Shown here one piece after another: positions 1 to 11,600 of a stretch of DNA of 64,000 bases. The notes beneath the pieces were generated by a model that did no database searches, was not told the origin of the DNA, and saw only the letters and a program-made list of their open reading frames with translations. Positions within the stretch are counted from its first letter, which is position 1, and the number at the start of each line of letters is the position of its first letter. Source of the DNA: an uncultured Clostridia bacterium (lineage in GTDB: Bacteria; Bacillota; Clostridia; TANB77; CAG-508); NCBI GenBank assembly GCA_948852945.1, contig CAQPBJ010000002.1, forward strand, positions 4,265-68,264, given 5' to 3'. The position numbers and the translations under genes are program-made.

Positions 1-26
1 AATTTTTAGTAAGTCCCACGTAACAT
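1..26 (-). CDS. Possible 5' end of a leftward gene that leaves the window (first few codons only)
   Basis: AGGAGG on the minus strand (plus 29-34) is followed by ATG (plus 24-26) or GTG (plus 17-19). The frame runs off the window's left edge. Confidence 0.2.
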
Positions 27-67
27 TTCCTCCTTATAGTTCATTATATTCAGAACCCACAAATTTG

Positions 68-96
68 TTGACACTCCAAAACTTTTGTAAGATAAT
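68..96 (+). promoter_or_regulatory. Sigma-A-like promoter for the DUF3137/LemA gene cluster
   Basis: TTGACA at 68-73, a 17-nt spacer, then GATAAT at 91-96. It lies about 30 nt upstream of the RBS (aaaaggaaa) and the ATG at 127. Confidence 0.4.
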
Positions 97-126
97 GAAC
101 TATATATCTATAAAAAGGAAAATGTT

Positions 127-1017
127 ATGAAAAATTTTGATAAAATTTATGAAGAAATATATTCAGAAAACTATTCGAAAATACATTCTATAAGAAACAA
201 AAATATTATACGAAGCACAATTATTACTCTATTTTTTGTACTTATTTCAATACCTGTAGCTATTCATATCTCACTTGTACTTACAGTAATTTTTGATTTA
301 ATAATTGCATTTTTAATATTTTTCAATCCCTTTTTCAATAATTATAATAAAGCTTATAAATCTAATATAATAAACGCTTTAATAAACAAATATGATCCAA
401 ATTTAACTTTTAAGCCAGACGCTACAATGTCAAAAAAAGTTTATGATGCAGCAGGTTTTGACATATATAACGAATACAATTCCAATGACTACATTTCTGG
501 ACTATTAGAAGGAAAAACCCCCTTTCAAATGAGTGATATTCACACTTTATATGTAACTCGTGATGAAAATGGTCATAAAACTAAAACAACTACTTTTAAA
601 GGTTTGTTTTCTGTTAGCGAATTAAATCAAATTATACCAGATAAAATACAAATACGTTTAGATAAAAAAATATTCACTTCAGAAGCAAAAGATAATAATA
701 AAATAAATATGGACTCACAAGAATTTGAAAAATATTTTAATGTATTTGCTCAAAACAAATTACTAACTATGCAAATTTTAACTGCTGATTTAATGAACTA
801 CATTCTATCTTTTAAAAAAGAAAATAATATTAAATTTGAAATTATTATTAAACATAAAAAATTATATACTCGTATTCATTGTAAAAATATTTTTGAAGGT
901 AATATTCTAAAGAATCCATTAGATTATACAGTACTACACACATATTTCAAGTATTTAGATTTTATAATAGAACTAAATAAAAAATTAAATTATACTCTAT
1001 CAAACAAAGATTTATAA
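127..1017 (+). CDS. Membrane-anchored protein, DUF3137-like (paralog A of a tandem pair)
   Basis: 296-aa ORF with an RBS. One N-terminal hydrophobic helix (IITLFFVLISIPVAIHISLVLTVIF). Shares the C-terminal motifs DSQEFEKYFNVF, ILTADLMNY and RIHC with the next ORF. Sits beside a LemA gene, as DUF3137 proteins typically do. The family assignment is from memory. Confidence 0.6.
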   Translation: MKNFDKIYEEIYSENYSKIHSIRNKNIIRSTIITLFFVLISIPVAIHISLVLTVIFDLIIAFLIFFNPFFNNYNKAYKSNIINALINKYDPNLTFKPDATMSKKVYDAAGFDIYNEYNSNDYISGLLEGKTPFQMSDIHTLYVTRDENGHKTKTTTFKGLFSVSELNQIIPDKIQIRLDKKIFTSEAKDNNKINMDSQEFEKYFNVFAQNKLLTMQILTADLMNYILSFKKENNIKFEIIIKHKKLYTRIHCKNIFEGNILKNPLDYTVLHTYFKYLDFIIELNKKLNYTLSNKDL

Positions 1018-1029
1018 GGGGAAAAGTTT

Positions 1030-1941
1030 ATGAAAAATTTTAATCAAATTTATGAAAAAATCTATGAACAAGCAACAGTAGATAATATTGAAGAAAAACG
1101 AAAAGAATATTTAAAACAATCTAATAAAACTAAACTAAAAGCACTAATTATAGGAGGAACAATCTGTATCATATTTGCTATATTAAAACTATTTGTTTTA
1201 TTACCATTTGCAATTATAATTACATTCTTTTCTTTATTTCTATCAGGTTCTTCATCACACAACTCTTACAAAAAAGAATATAAAAGCAAAATTATATCAT
1301 CACTTGTAACAAATTATGATGAACAATTATACTTTAATGGTGACCTTCAAATTCCAAGAATCATATATAATGCTGCTGAATTTGAAGGATACGACAATTT
1401 TTATTCAAATGATTACATTCATGGAAAAATAGATGGAATTATTCCTATTCAATTAGGCGATATTAGAACAGAAAATGAACATACAGATAGTGACGGAAAC
1501 ACCACATATACAACAGTTTTCAGAGGATTATTTTCTGAAGCAACTCTTTCAAAAGATTTATTTAATATAATAAAAATAAGATCTGATAAAGGAAAACTTG
1601 CTAAACTTTTCTCTGGCAAAGAACAAGTAGAAATGGACTCACAAGAATTTGAAAAATATTTTGATGTATTTTCAAGTGATAAAATTTTAGCAGTAAGAAT
1701 ATTAACTTCAGATATAATGAACTATATGATTGATTTCAAAAAAAATAATAAAGTTAACTTTGAAATCACTTTAAAAAATAATCATATGTATATAAGAATT
1801 CACTGTGATGATATGTTTGAAAGTAGTATGTCTAAAAATGCTATTGACTTTGATACACTTCATAAATATTATAAATTCCTTGATTTCATGTGTGAATTAA
1901 ATAAAAAAATATATACAGTAATACAAGAAAAAGATATATAA
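1030..1941 (+). CDS. Membrane-anchored protein, DUF3137-like (paralog B)
   Basis: 303-aa ORF beginning 13 nt after the previous stop. Same architecture as paralog A (TM helix, DSQEFEKYFDVF, ILTSDIMNY, RIHCDDMFE), roughly 35-40% identical by eye. Confidence 0.6.
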   Translation: MKNFNQIYEKIYEQATVDNIEEKRKEYLKQSNKTKLKALIIGGTICIIFAILKLFVLLPFAIIITFFSLFLSGSSSHNSYKKEYKSKIISSLVTNYDEQLYFNGDLQIPRIIYNAAEFEGYDNFYSNDYIHGKIDGIIPIQLGDIRTENEHTDSDGNTTYTTVFRGLFSEATLSKDLFNIIKIRSDKGKLAKLFSGKEQVEMDSQEFEKYFDVFSSDKILAVRILTSDIMNYMIDFKKNNKVNFEITLKNNHMYIRIHCDDMFESSMSKNAIDFDTLHKYYKFLDFMCELNKKIYTVIQEKDI

Positions 1942-2004
1942 CCTCTATTATTAAACTTTAATTTTTGATATAATATATTCATATTAATAAAAAGGAGATT
2001 AAAA

Positions 2005-2535
2005 ATGACAATAGCAATTTGTGTAGTAATATTTTTTTTAGTAATCGTACTTTCTGTGTATAATAGTTTAGTAAGAAAAAGAAATGCCGTTAAGCAGTCA
2101 CGTTCTTCTATAGATGTGTACTTAACACAAAGATTTGATTTAATTCCAAATCTTATTGAAACAGTTAAAGGGTATGCAGCACATGAAAAAGAAATTTTTG
2201 AATCAATAACTAAATTAAGAAGTGAGTATAACCAAACTAGAGATTTAAATAAGGCTTCAGCACTTAATAATCAAATAGATAAAATTTTATTAATCGGTGA
2301 AAACTATCCAGAATTAAAAGCTAGTGTAAACTTTTTAAACTTACAAAAAAATTTAGCTAGAATGGAAGATCAACTTCAAGCTGCTAGACGTTTGTATAAT
2401 ATTGATGTAACAGCATATAATACATCTCTACAAACCTTCCCTACTAACTTAATAGCAAATGCTTTTAAATTTAAAGAAGAAAAATTATTTGAACTAGAAG
2501 CTGGTAAAAATGCTAATATAAAAGTTGAATTATAA
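2005..2535 (+). CDS. lemA: LemA family protein
   Basis: 176 aa with an N-terminal TM segment, then SVYNSLVRKRNAVKQSRSSIDVYLTQRFDLIPNLIETVKGYAAHEKEIFESITKLRS. This is the characteristic LemA core. An AGGAG RBS precedes the ATG. Confidence 0.8.
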   Translation: MTIAICVVIFFLVIVLSVYNSLVRKRNAVKQSRSSIDVYLTQRFDLIPNLIETVKGYAAHEKEIFESITKLRSEYNQTRDLNKASALNNQIDKILLIGENYPELKASVNFLNLQKNLARMEDQLQAARRLYNIDVTAYNTSLQTFPTNLIANAFKFKEEKLFELEAGKNANIKVEL

Positions 2536-2570
2536 TATTTCTTTTTAACAACTAAAAAAACAAAAACCAA

Positions 2571-2596
2571 GACGGAGAATTTAATTATTCCCCGCC
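2571..2596. terminator. Bidirectional intrinsic terminator shared by lemA (+) and giant adhesin 1 (-)
   Basis: Hairpin cggagaat / attccccg with loop ttaatt, flanked by T-runs on both strands. Homologous hairpins follow the other two giant genes (35836-35857 and 56166-56191). Confidence 0.55.
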
Positions 2597-2608
2597 TTTT
2601 ATTTTGCT

Positions 2609-5600
2609 TTATTTTCTGTTTTTTTCTTCTACGATGATACATGTTACTGTTATTCCTAAAACTATAAATATAACCAATATTGCAAGTTTTACGATAGTAT
2701 TATTGTCTTCTGCTCCTGTTTTAATTGAGATTACTAAATCTGCTTTTCCTTTGTTGTCGTCGATTGTTATTTCTTCAAATCCTGCTTCATTGTCTACTTT
2801 TACTATTTCTGCTATGTTTTCCTTCATTCCTAAGTTGTTCTCTGATGGATTCCATCTCATTATTACGTTATAGCTTCTTTCTTGTCCTGGCTCTAGGTCT
2901 TCTACACTTAAAATGGCTGTATCTTCATGGATTACCCAAGTCTTGTTTTCTTCTTCCTTCATTGTCATTCCGTTTGGAATGTTTTCTATAAGTTCAGCTC
3001 TACCTTTTAGCTCTGCTGTATTTGTTACTTTTATTTCATATGTAACAACAACTTCTGCTGACGTTAAACCACTCTTATCTAGTTCTACTTTTCCTATATT
3101 ACCATTTATTGATAATACTTGACCATTATAAGCTATTTCTTTTACTTGTTTTTCTACTTTTAAGTTAAAGTCTTTTTTCTTGTAATAATAGTTAACCATT
3201 ATATCTTCTGCCTTCATATTTCCTTTAGCATTTTGTGGCATTTCTACTAAGTTATAGTACTTAATTTCTTTTTGTACTGTTTCATATTCGTCACCTTCAT
3301 GTCCGTCTATTACTTCCTCTGCTGCTATTGTTTCTTTTGTATCTATATCATAGTAGTTTGTTATAACTTTAGCAGGTCTTATGTAGTAGTAAATAACTTC
3401 AGTTATATCATCAAACATTATTCCTTTTTGGTTTGTTGGAACTTCGATTAAATCATAACCAGATATTGCTTTTTCTTCTGTAGTATAGTTATCACCTTTG
3501 TGACCGTCTATTACTTCTGTATCAGCAATTTCTTGCCCTGTTATTTTATCTACATATTTTACTTGTACTTGAACTCTTCTTGCGTAATAGTATGTTACAA
3601 CGATTTCTTCTTTTGTCATTTTTCCTGTAGCGTTTTCTGGATATCTTTCTTTTACTAAGTCATATCCTGGTATTTGTTTTGCTTCTGTCTCATAATTATC
3701 TTCTGCATATCCATAGTAGTTTCTTTCTTCAACTAGTGGTTCATCTGTTAATACATCTAAATGTCTTTCTACTACACCAGCTGATTCTGGTACATAATAA
3801 TATTTAACTATTATATCCTCTTTAGTCATATTACCATTACTATTTTCAGGTACTTGAATTAGTCTATATCCTTCAAATATTTTGTTTTCAGTTGTATATG
3901 GATCGTCTTCATGTCCAGTTTCTACAACATCTTCCTCTATTCTGTTTCCTGTTGTTTTGTCTATATATTGTGTTGTAACTTTAGCTCTATGGATATAGTA
4001 ATATGTTACTGTTATTGGGCTTACTGTCATATATCCTTCGCTGTTTGCTGGTAATCTATCTTCTACTAAATCATATCCTGTAAATTCCTTAGATGGAATA
4101 CTATACTCGTCTCCTTCGTTTCCTTCATGTACCTCATTATATAATACATCATTATTAATTATATCAATGTGTTCTTCTATTATTCCTCCTGATACATGTA
4201 GATAGTAGTATTTTAATATTATTTCATCTTTTGCCATATTTACTGTTTTTTGTTCTGGTTCTTGTACTAAGATATAATCGTCGAATGTCTTCGTTTCTGT
4301 TACAAATTCATCTCCTACTAAACCTTCGTCTGTTCTTTCATCTAGTATTTCACCTGTTGTTATATTAATATATTGAACTGTTGCTCTAGTGTTTTGTAAG
4401 TAATAATAAATTACTGTTAAAGGTTCTACTTCTAGTTGTCCAGTAGTGTTACCACTGTTTTCAACTAAAGTATATCCTTCAATTTCTTTAGCGTCTGTTC
4501 TATACATCTCTCCTACTTTACCCGTTTGTTTTTCTGGTCTTGCAAGTTCGATGTCTGTATTTTTCTCTAAGTAGAAAATGTTTAACTCAGCATCTTTTAC
4601 TGCGTAATAGTAAATAACTTCAATAACTTCTTCTGTCATTACACCTGTTGCGTTTGCTGGTGTTTGAGATAATGTATATTTAACTGGAATATCTGTAGCT
4701 ACTTCAGTAGTATATTCTGAATCTATTAATCCTTCAATCTCAACATCTTCACTTAATTTATTAGTTGTGCCTTCTTCGTAGTGATGTACTATTACTTTAG
4801 TAGCTTTTAATTTATAGTAGTAAATTACTTCAATAGTATCCTCTGTCATTGTTCCAGTTGCATTTGCTGGTGCTTGAACTAATTCGTATTTACTTGGCAA
4901 GTCTTCAGCTATAGTTGTTTCATAGTCGTCTCCGACTTTACCAGTAACTGTTACATCATTTGCTACTTTAGTTGTAGTTCCTTCAACGTAGTGATGAACT
5001 ATAACTGAAGCATCTTTCTTAGTGTAATATAAGTTAATTACATTATCTTTTGTAGCTATAACTAATTCATCAACATTAGCTGAATCATAGTTATATCCAT
5101 AAATATAAACTACTTCGTCTGATGCTTTTATAACATCTTCAAATGTTACATTATCAACTACCTTTTGGTCTTTTAATACTTTGTTTGTATCTTTTTCTAG
5201 ATAGTTAACGGTGTAGCTTAAGTCTGTACGTTTTGTATAGTAAATATTAATTACATTTTCACTTGTTGTAATTGTTAAAGTTTCTTTATCTACTGAATTA
5301 TAATCATATCCAGCGATATCAATTACTTCTTCGCTTGATGTTATTACATCTTCAAATGTTGCATTATCAACCACTTTTTGAGCACTTAATACTTTATTAG
5401 TATCTTTTTCTAAGTAGTTAACTTTGTAACTTAAATCAGTACGTTTTACATAGTAGATATTAATTACATTTTCACCTGTTGTTATTACTAATATAGGATT
5501 ATCAACAGAATCATATGTATATCCATCTATATCAATTATCTCATTGCTTGATGTTACTACTTCTGCAAATTTCATTCCGTCTTGATCTTTTTGAGTACTT

Positions 5601-8600
5601 AATACTTTATCAGTATCTTTCTCTAAGTAATTAACTTTATAAGATAAATCTACTCGTTTTGTGTAATAAATATTAATTACGTTCTCACCTGTTGTTATTA
5701 TTAATACAACCTTATCATTTGAATCATAGTTATAACCGTCTATTTCAACTATTTCGTCTTCTGCTTTTACAGTATCAGCAAATTTCATTCCATCTTGGTC
5801 TTTCGCCATTTTCAATACTTTATTTGTGTCTTTTTCTAAATAATTAACTTTATAAGATAAGTCTGTACGTTTTGTATAGTAAAGGTTAATTACATTTTCA
5901 CTTGTAGAAATTGTTAAAGTATCTTTATCTGATGAATCAAATATATATCCATCAATTGTAATTACTTCATTTTCTGCATTTATAACGTCCTCAAATATTA
6001 TATTACCAACTACTTTTTGAGTACTTAATACCTTATTAGTTTCTTTTTCTAAATAGTTAACTTTATAACTTAAATCAGTACGTTTTATATAGTAAATATT
6101 TATAACATTTTCACCAGTTGTAATTGTTAGAGTATCTTTATCTACTGAATCGTAATTATATCCATTAATATTAATTACTTCATCTCTTGATTTTATTACT
6201 TCTTCAAAAATCACTTCATTAACCACTTTTTGTACACTTAATACTTTGTTTGTATCTTTCTCTAAATAGTTAACTTTATAGTTTAAGTCTGTTCTCTTTG
6301 TATAGTAAATATTTATGGCATTTTCACTTGTTGTTATTACTAGCTCGTCTTTATCTACTGAATCATAGCTGTATCCATCAATATTAATTACTTCATCACT
6401 AGAAGTTATTACGTCTTCGAATGTTACATTAGTAGCTACTTTTTGAGTACTTAATACTTTACCTGTACCTTTTTCTAAGTAATTAACTTTGTAACTTAAA
6501 TCATTTCTCTTTGTATAATAAATATTAATTACATTCTCTCCTGTTGTAATAGTTAATGTATCTTTATCTACTGCATCATAGTTATATCCGTCTATTTCTA
6601 TTACTTCGTTATCTGATATTACAACATCTTCGAATGTCATTCCTTCTTGTACTTTTTGAGTACTTAATACTTTATCAGTATCTTTCTCTAAATAATTTAC
6701 TTTATAACTTAAGTCTGTTCTCTTTGTATAGTAAATATTAATTACGTTTTCACCTATTGTAATAGTTAAATTATTTTTATCTACTGAGTCATAATTATAT
6801 CCATCTATATCAACTACTTCATCTGACGCTTTTATAACATCCTCGAATGTTACATCATTAACTACTTTTTGAGTACTTAATACTTTATTAGTATCTTTCT
6901 CTAAGTAATTTACTTTGTAACTTAAATCATTACGTTTTGTATAATAAATATTTATTATGTTTTCTCCTGTTGCAATTGTTAAAGTATCTACATTAACTGA
7001 ATTATAATCATATCCATCTATATCAACTACTTCATCTGACGCTTTTATAGTATCTTCAAATGTTACATCATTAACTATTTTTTGAGTACTTAATACTTTA
7101 TCAGTGTCTTTTTCTAAATAGTTAACTTTATAGCTTAAATCATTACGTTTTGTATAGTAGATATTAATTACATTTTCACTTGTTGTAATAGTTAAACTAT
7201 CTTTATCTACTGAATCATAATTGTATCCATCTATCTCAATTACTTCATTTTCTGTATTTACTACACTTTCTAAAATCATATTATTTTGTACTTTTTGAGT
7301 ATTTAATACTTTATTAGTGTCTTTTTCTAAGTAATTTACTTTATAAGATAAGTCAGTACGCTTTGTATAATAGATATTGATTACATTTTCTCCAGTTGTA
7401 ATAGTCAATCTGTCTTTATCTACCGAATCATAATCATATCCATCGATATCAATTATTTCATCACTTGAAATTATTACTTCTTCAAATGTTACATCATTAA
7501 CAATTTTTTGAGTACCTAATACTTTATTTGTACCTTTTTCCACATAATTTACTTTGTAACTTAAATCAGTACGTTTTGTATAATAGATATTAATTACGTT
7601 TTCACCTGTTGTTATTATTAATACAACCTTATCATTTGAATCATAGTTATATCCATCAATATCAATTACTTCATCTTCTGCTTTTACAGCATCAGCAAAT
7701 TTCATTCCATCTTGTTCTTTTGCTATTTTCAATACTTTATTAGTATCTTTTTCTAGATAATTAACTTTGTAACTTAAGTCTGTACGTTTTGTATAATAAA
7801 GATTAATTACATTTTCTCCGGTTGTTATGCTCAAAGTATCTTTATCTGCTGAATCAAATATATAACCATCAATTTCAATTACTTCATTTTCTGAATTTAC
7901 TACACTTTCAAAAGTCACATTATTTTGAAGTTTTTGAGTACTTAATACTTTACTTGTATCTTTTTCTAAATAATTTACTTTATATGATAAGTCACTACGT
8001 TTTACATAGTAAATATTAATTACATTCTCTCTTGTTGTAATTGTTAAGGTTTCTTTATCTACTGAATCATAATTATATCCATCGATATCTATTACTTCAT
8101 CACTTGAAGTTATTATATCTTCAAATGTTACACTATCAACAACTTTTTGAGTACTTAACACTTTATTAGTATCTTTCTCTAAGTAGTTAACTTTATAACT
8201 TAAATCTGTACGTTTTGTATAATAAATATTTATGATGTTTTCGCCAGTTGTAATAGTTAGACTATCTTTATCTACTGAATCATAATTATATCCATCAATT
8301 GTAATTACTTCATCACTTGGAGTTACAACATCTTCAAATATCATATTGTTTTGTACTTTTTGAGTACTTAATACTTTATTTGTATCTTTTTCTAAATAAT
8401 TAACCTTATAACTTAAATCTGTACGTTTTGTATAGTAAATATTCATGACGTTTTCGCCAGTTGTAATAGTTAACGTATCTTTATCTACTGAATCATAATT
8501 ATATCCATTAATGTCTATTCTTTCATCTTCTGAGTTAATTACACTTTCAAATTCTTTATTTCCCTGAATTTTTTGAGTATGTAATACTTTATCTGTCCCT

Positions 8601-11600
8601 TTCTCTAAATAATTTACTTTATAACTTAAATCTGTACGTTTTATATAATAAACACTTATCACATTATTTGCTTCATTTTCTGTTACGGTTAATGGTCTAT
8701 TTTCTTCTTTTTCAAATTTATAACCATCTTTTATTTTGCTAATATACTCTTCTATTTGTGTTCCATATGTTGCTTTTTCAATTTCAGTAACTTTTTCGTC
8801 TTTTTCTCCATTGTAATAGTATTCTACCTTGTAGTTATATTCTTTTAATTTATAATAATATGTTACTACTATTGTGTCTCTCGTATATATTCCTATAGCG
8901 TTATCTGGAATTACACATACTTCATATATTGCTTTTAAATCTTCTGAAGATACTGCTTCTGACTTATATTCAAATCCTTCTTTTCCTATCTTCTCTTCAC
9001 TTTGTATTTCTGTTCCATCTTTTGCAATTACTTTTTCTTCTGTATATGTATAACTTCCATCTTCATTTTTTATTGCAATATAATGGTTTACTATTACCTT
9101 CGTTTTCTTGTCATTCTCTATAGTTACTGAATGTTCGCCATCTTCACTTACTTCTATTATTACACTTTCTTCATTTAAATGATATCCTTCTGGTGCCTCT
9201 AATTGCGTTATTTTATATAATCCCTTTGTTAATTCTACTGTAGCTTTACCTGCATCATTTATCTCTACTTCTATAACACTTTCACTGTCACCTTTAGCTT
9301 TTAACTCTATATTATTTACAGTAAACTTATCTTCCCCTGCCGATGTGCTTCCATCTTTATAGTATCCTAAATGTAAATAATATACTTTTCCACTTTGCAA
9401 AGTTGTCACATATTCTTGTGCTGATTGTGTTCCAGATATATTTATAAATTTTTCACTGCTACTATATACTGGTCTTTCTGGAGTTTCTGTTATTATTGCA
9501 TATCCATAGTCTCCACCATTCTGACTTGATATTTCCGCATTTACTATTAATTCATACTCTCTTGTGGCATCTAACAAATCTATTGGAATATATGAAGTTG
9601 CTATTGTATTATCTTTTCCTTGGTTATTTGACTCATATCTTCCGCTATTTTCTGTAAAATTATATGTTGATTTTTTAGTTCCATATACTTTTATGCTGTT
9701 AAATTCTATTTGGTCTTCTCCACTATCTATTAATATATCTTTTCTATATCCTAGATGTAAGTAATACGTCTTTCCACCTTCTAATATAGCTGTATAGTCT
9801 TCCGCACTTTTTGTTCCTGATATATATATAAATCTTCCAGAATTTGAATTGTATGCTGGTGCTGATGTTGTTTCCGTTATTGTCGCATATCCATAATCAA
9901 GAAGATTTTGACTTGATACTCTAGCATTTACTACTACATAATATGTTCCTGTTTTTTGACTCAAATCTATCTTTATATATGAATTAGCTGTTGTATTTCC
10001 TTTTCCTCTTGAACCTTGATATGTCTTTCCATTAGTTGGTATATATTTTCCATCTCTTTCAACAAAATAGTATTCTCCATTGTTAGTTAATTCTCCACGT
10101 ACTTCTGTTATTTCTTTTGTAGCATCCATTCCTTCACTATATTCTTGTCCATTTGCTACTAGATTTCCTATTGATACATTATCTGTATCAGGACTTATTT
10201 TAAATTTTGCTCCTACTAGTAATTCTTTTGTTTTTCTATCTACATTATTTATTACTATCTGCTCTTTACGCTTTGTATAATATAAATTTATTACATTATC
10301 TGACTCTTTTGTCGTTATTGTTATGCTCTCTTTTTCACAACTATCATAATTATATTCTTTTATTGCAATAACTTCATCCGCTGCATTAATTATACTTTCA
10401 AATTCCTGATTTACTACTACTTTTGGTGATTTTATTACTTTATTTGTTTCTTTATCTAAGTAATTTACGATATAAGTTAAGTCTTGACGTTTTATATAAT
10501 AACTCTTTATTACATTATTAGCTTCATTTTCAGTTATTGTTAATGGTTTATTTTCTTCTTTTTCAAACTTATATCCATCTTTTATCTTTTGTGGATATTC
10601 TGTTATTTGTGTTCCATATTCTGCTGTCGCAGTTTCAGTCACTGTTTCATCTTTTTCTCCATTATAATAATACTCTACTGTGTAATTGTACTCTCTTAGC
10701 TTATAATAATAGATTACTTCAATGTTTCCATAAATATATTGCCCACTGCTATTATCTGGCTCATTAACCACTCTATATTTTACTTTAACACTTTCTAATG
10801 CCTTAGTAGCATATACATCTCCAACATATCCTGTTTTAATCTCATCTGGTGCTTCTGTTCCATCACTTAAAGTTACTCTTGTTGTTGTTCCTTCTATATA
10901 ATGATGTACTGTTACTGTTCCTTGTAACTTTTCAAATTCTGCTATTACTTTTATATCTGTAATTACATTAGTAAATTTATCTAATGTATATGTTCTAATA
11001 TCTCCTTCAAGTTCAACATTCTCTTCTGTAATTGTTCCATCTTCACTTATCTTTTGAACTTTTATTGATTTTATTTTATAGCCTTCTTCTGCCTCCACTA
11101 CTATATCTTTAGTAGAATTTGCTTCTACTATAACATTTTCATAAGAAGCTAATCCTTCTCCTGATATACTTCCGCCTTTTACTTCAACTGTTTCTCCAAA
11201 TACATTTGTTTCTTCATGAGTTTTTACCTCTGTTGCTATATCATAATCTTTAAGTCTATAATAATAAATTACATTTACTTCTGGATATTCATATACTCCT
11301 GTTTCGTTTTCAGGTTCTTCTACTAATTTATATTTCCAATCAATATTTTCTTTACTTGAAGTTTGATATTCTTCTCCTTCTTGTCCACTATAAATTTCGT
11401 CTTCTGCTAAGCTTCCATCTGCTAATGGAACACTCATTTCTGTTCCTTCTATATAGTGTTTTACAACTAAAGGAATTGATTTTTTAACATAATAATATGT
11501 TACTACAATATCCTCTGATGTATATGTCCCCACTGCATTTGAAGGAATTATATATTCACCATTTTCATCTTTCTCTAGTTCATATTTTTCAAAATCTACC

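Noticed and set aside
1062-1262. 66-aa minus-strand ORF inside DUF3137-like paralog B
   Set aside because: Antisense to a coding region conserved between the two paralogs.
5020-8650. Regular ~213-bp periodic repeats that could be mistaken for a CRISPR or satellite array
   Set aside because: The repeats are in-frame coding units of a long ORF (71-aa protein repeats). The period is far longer than CRISPR repeat-plus-spacer units, and there are no short identical direct repeats separated by unique spacers.
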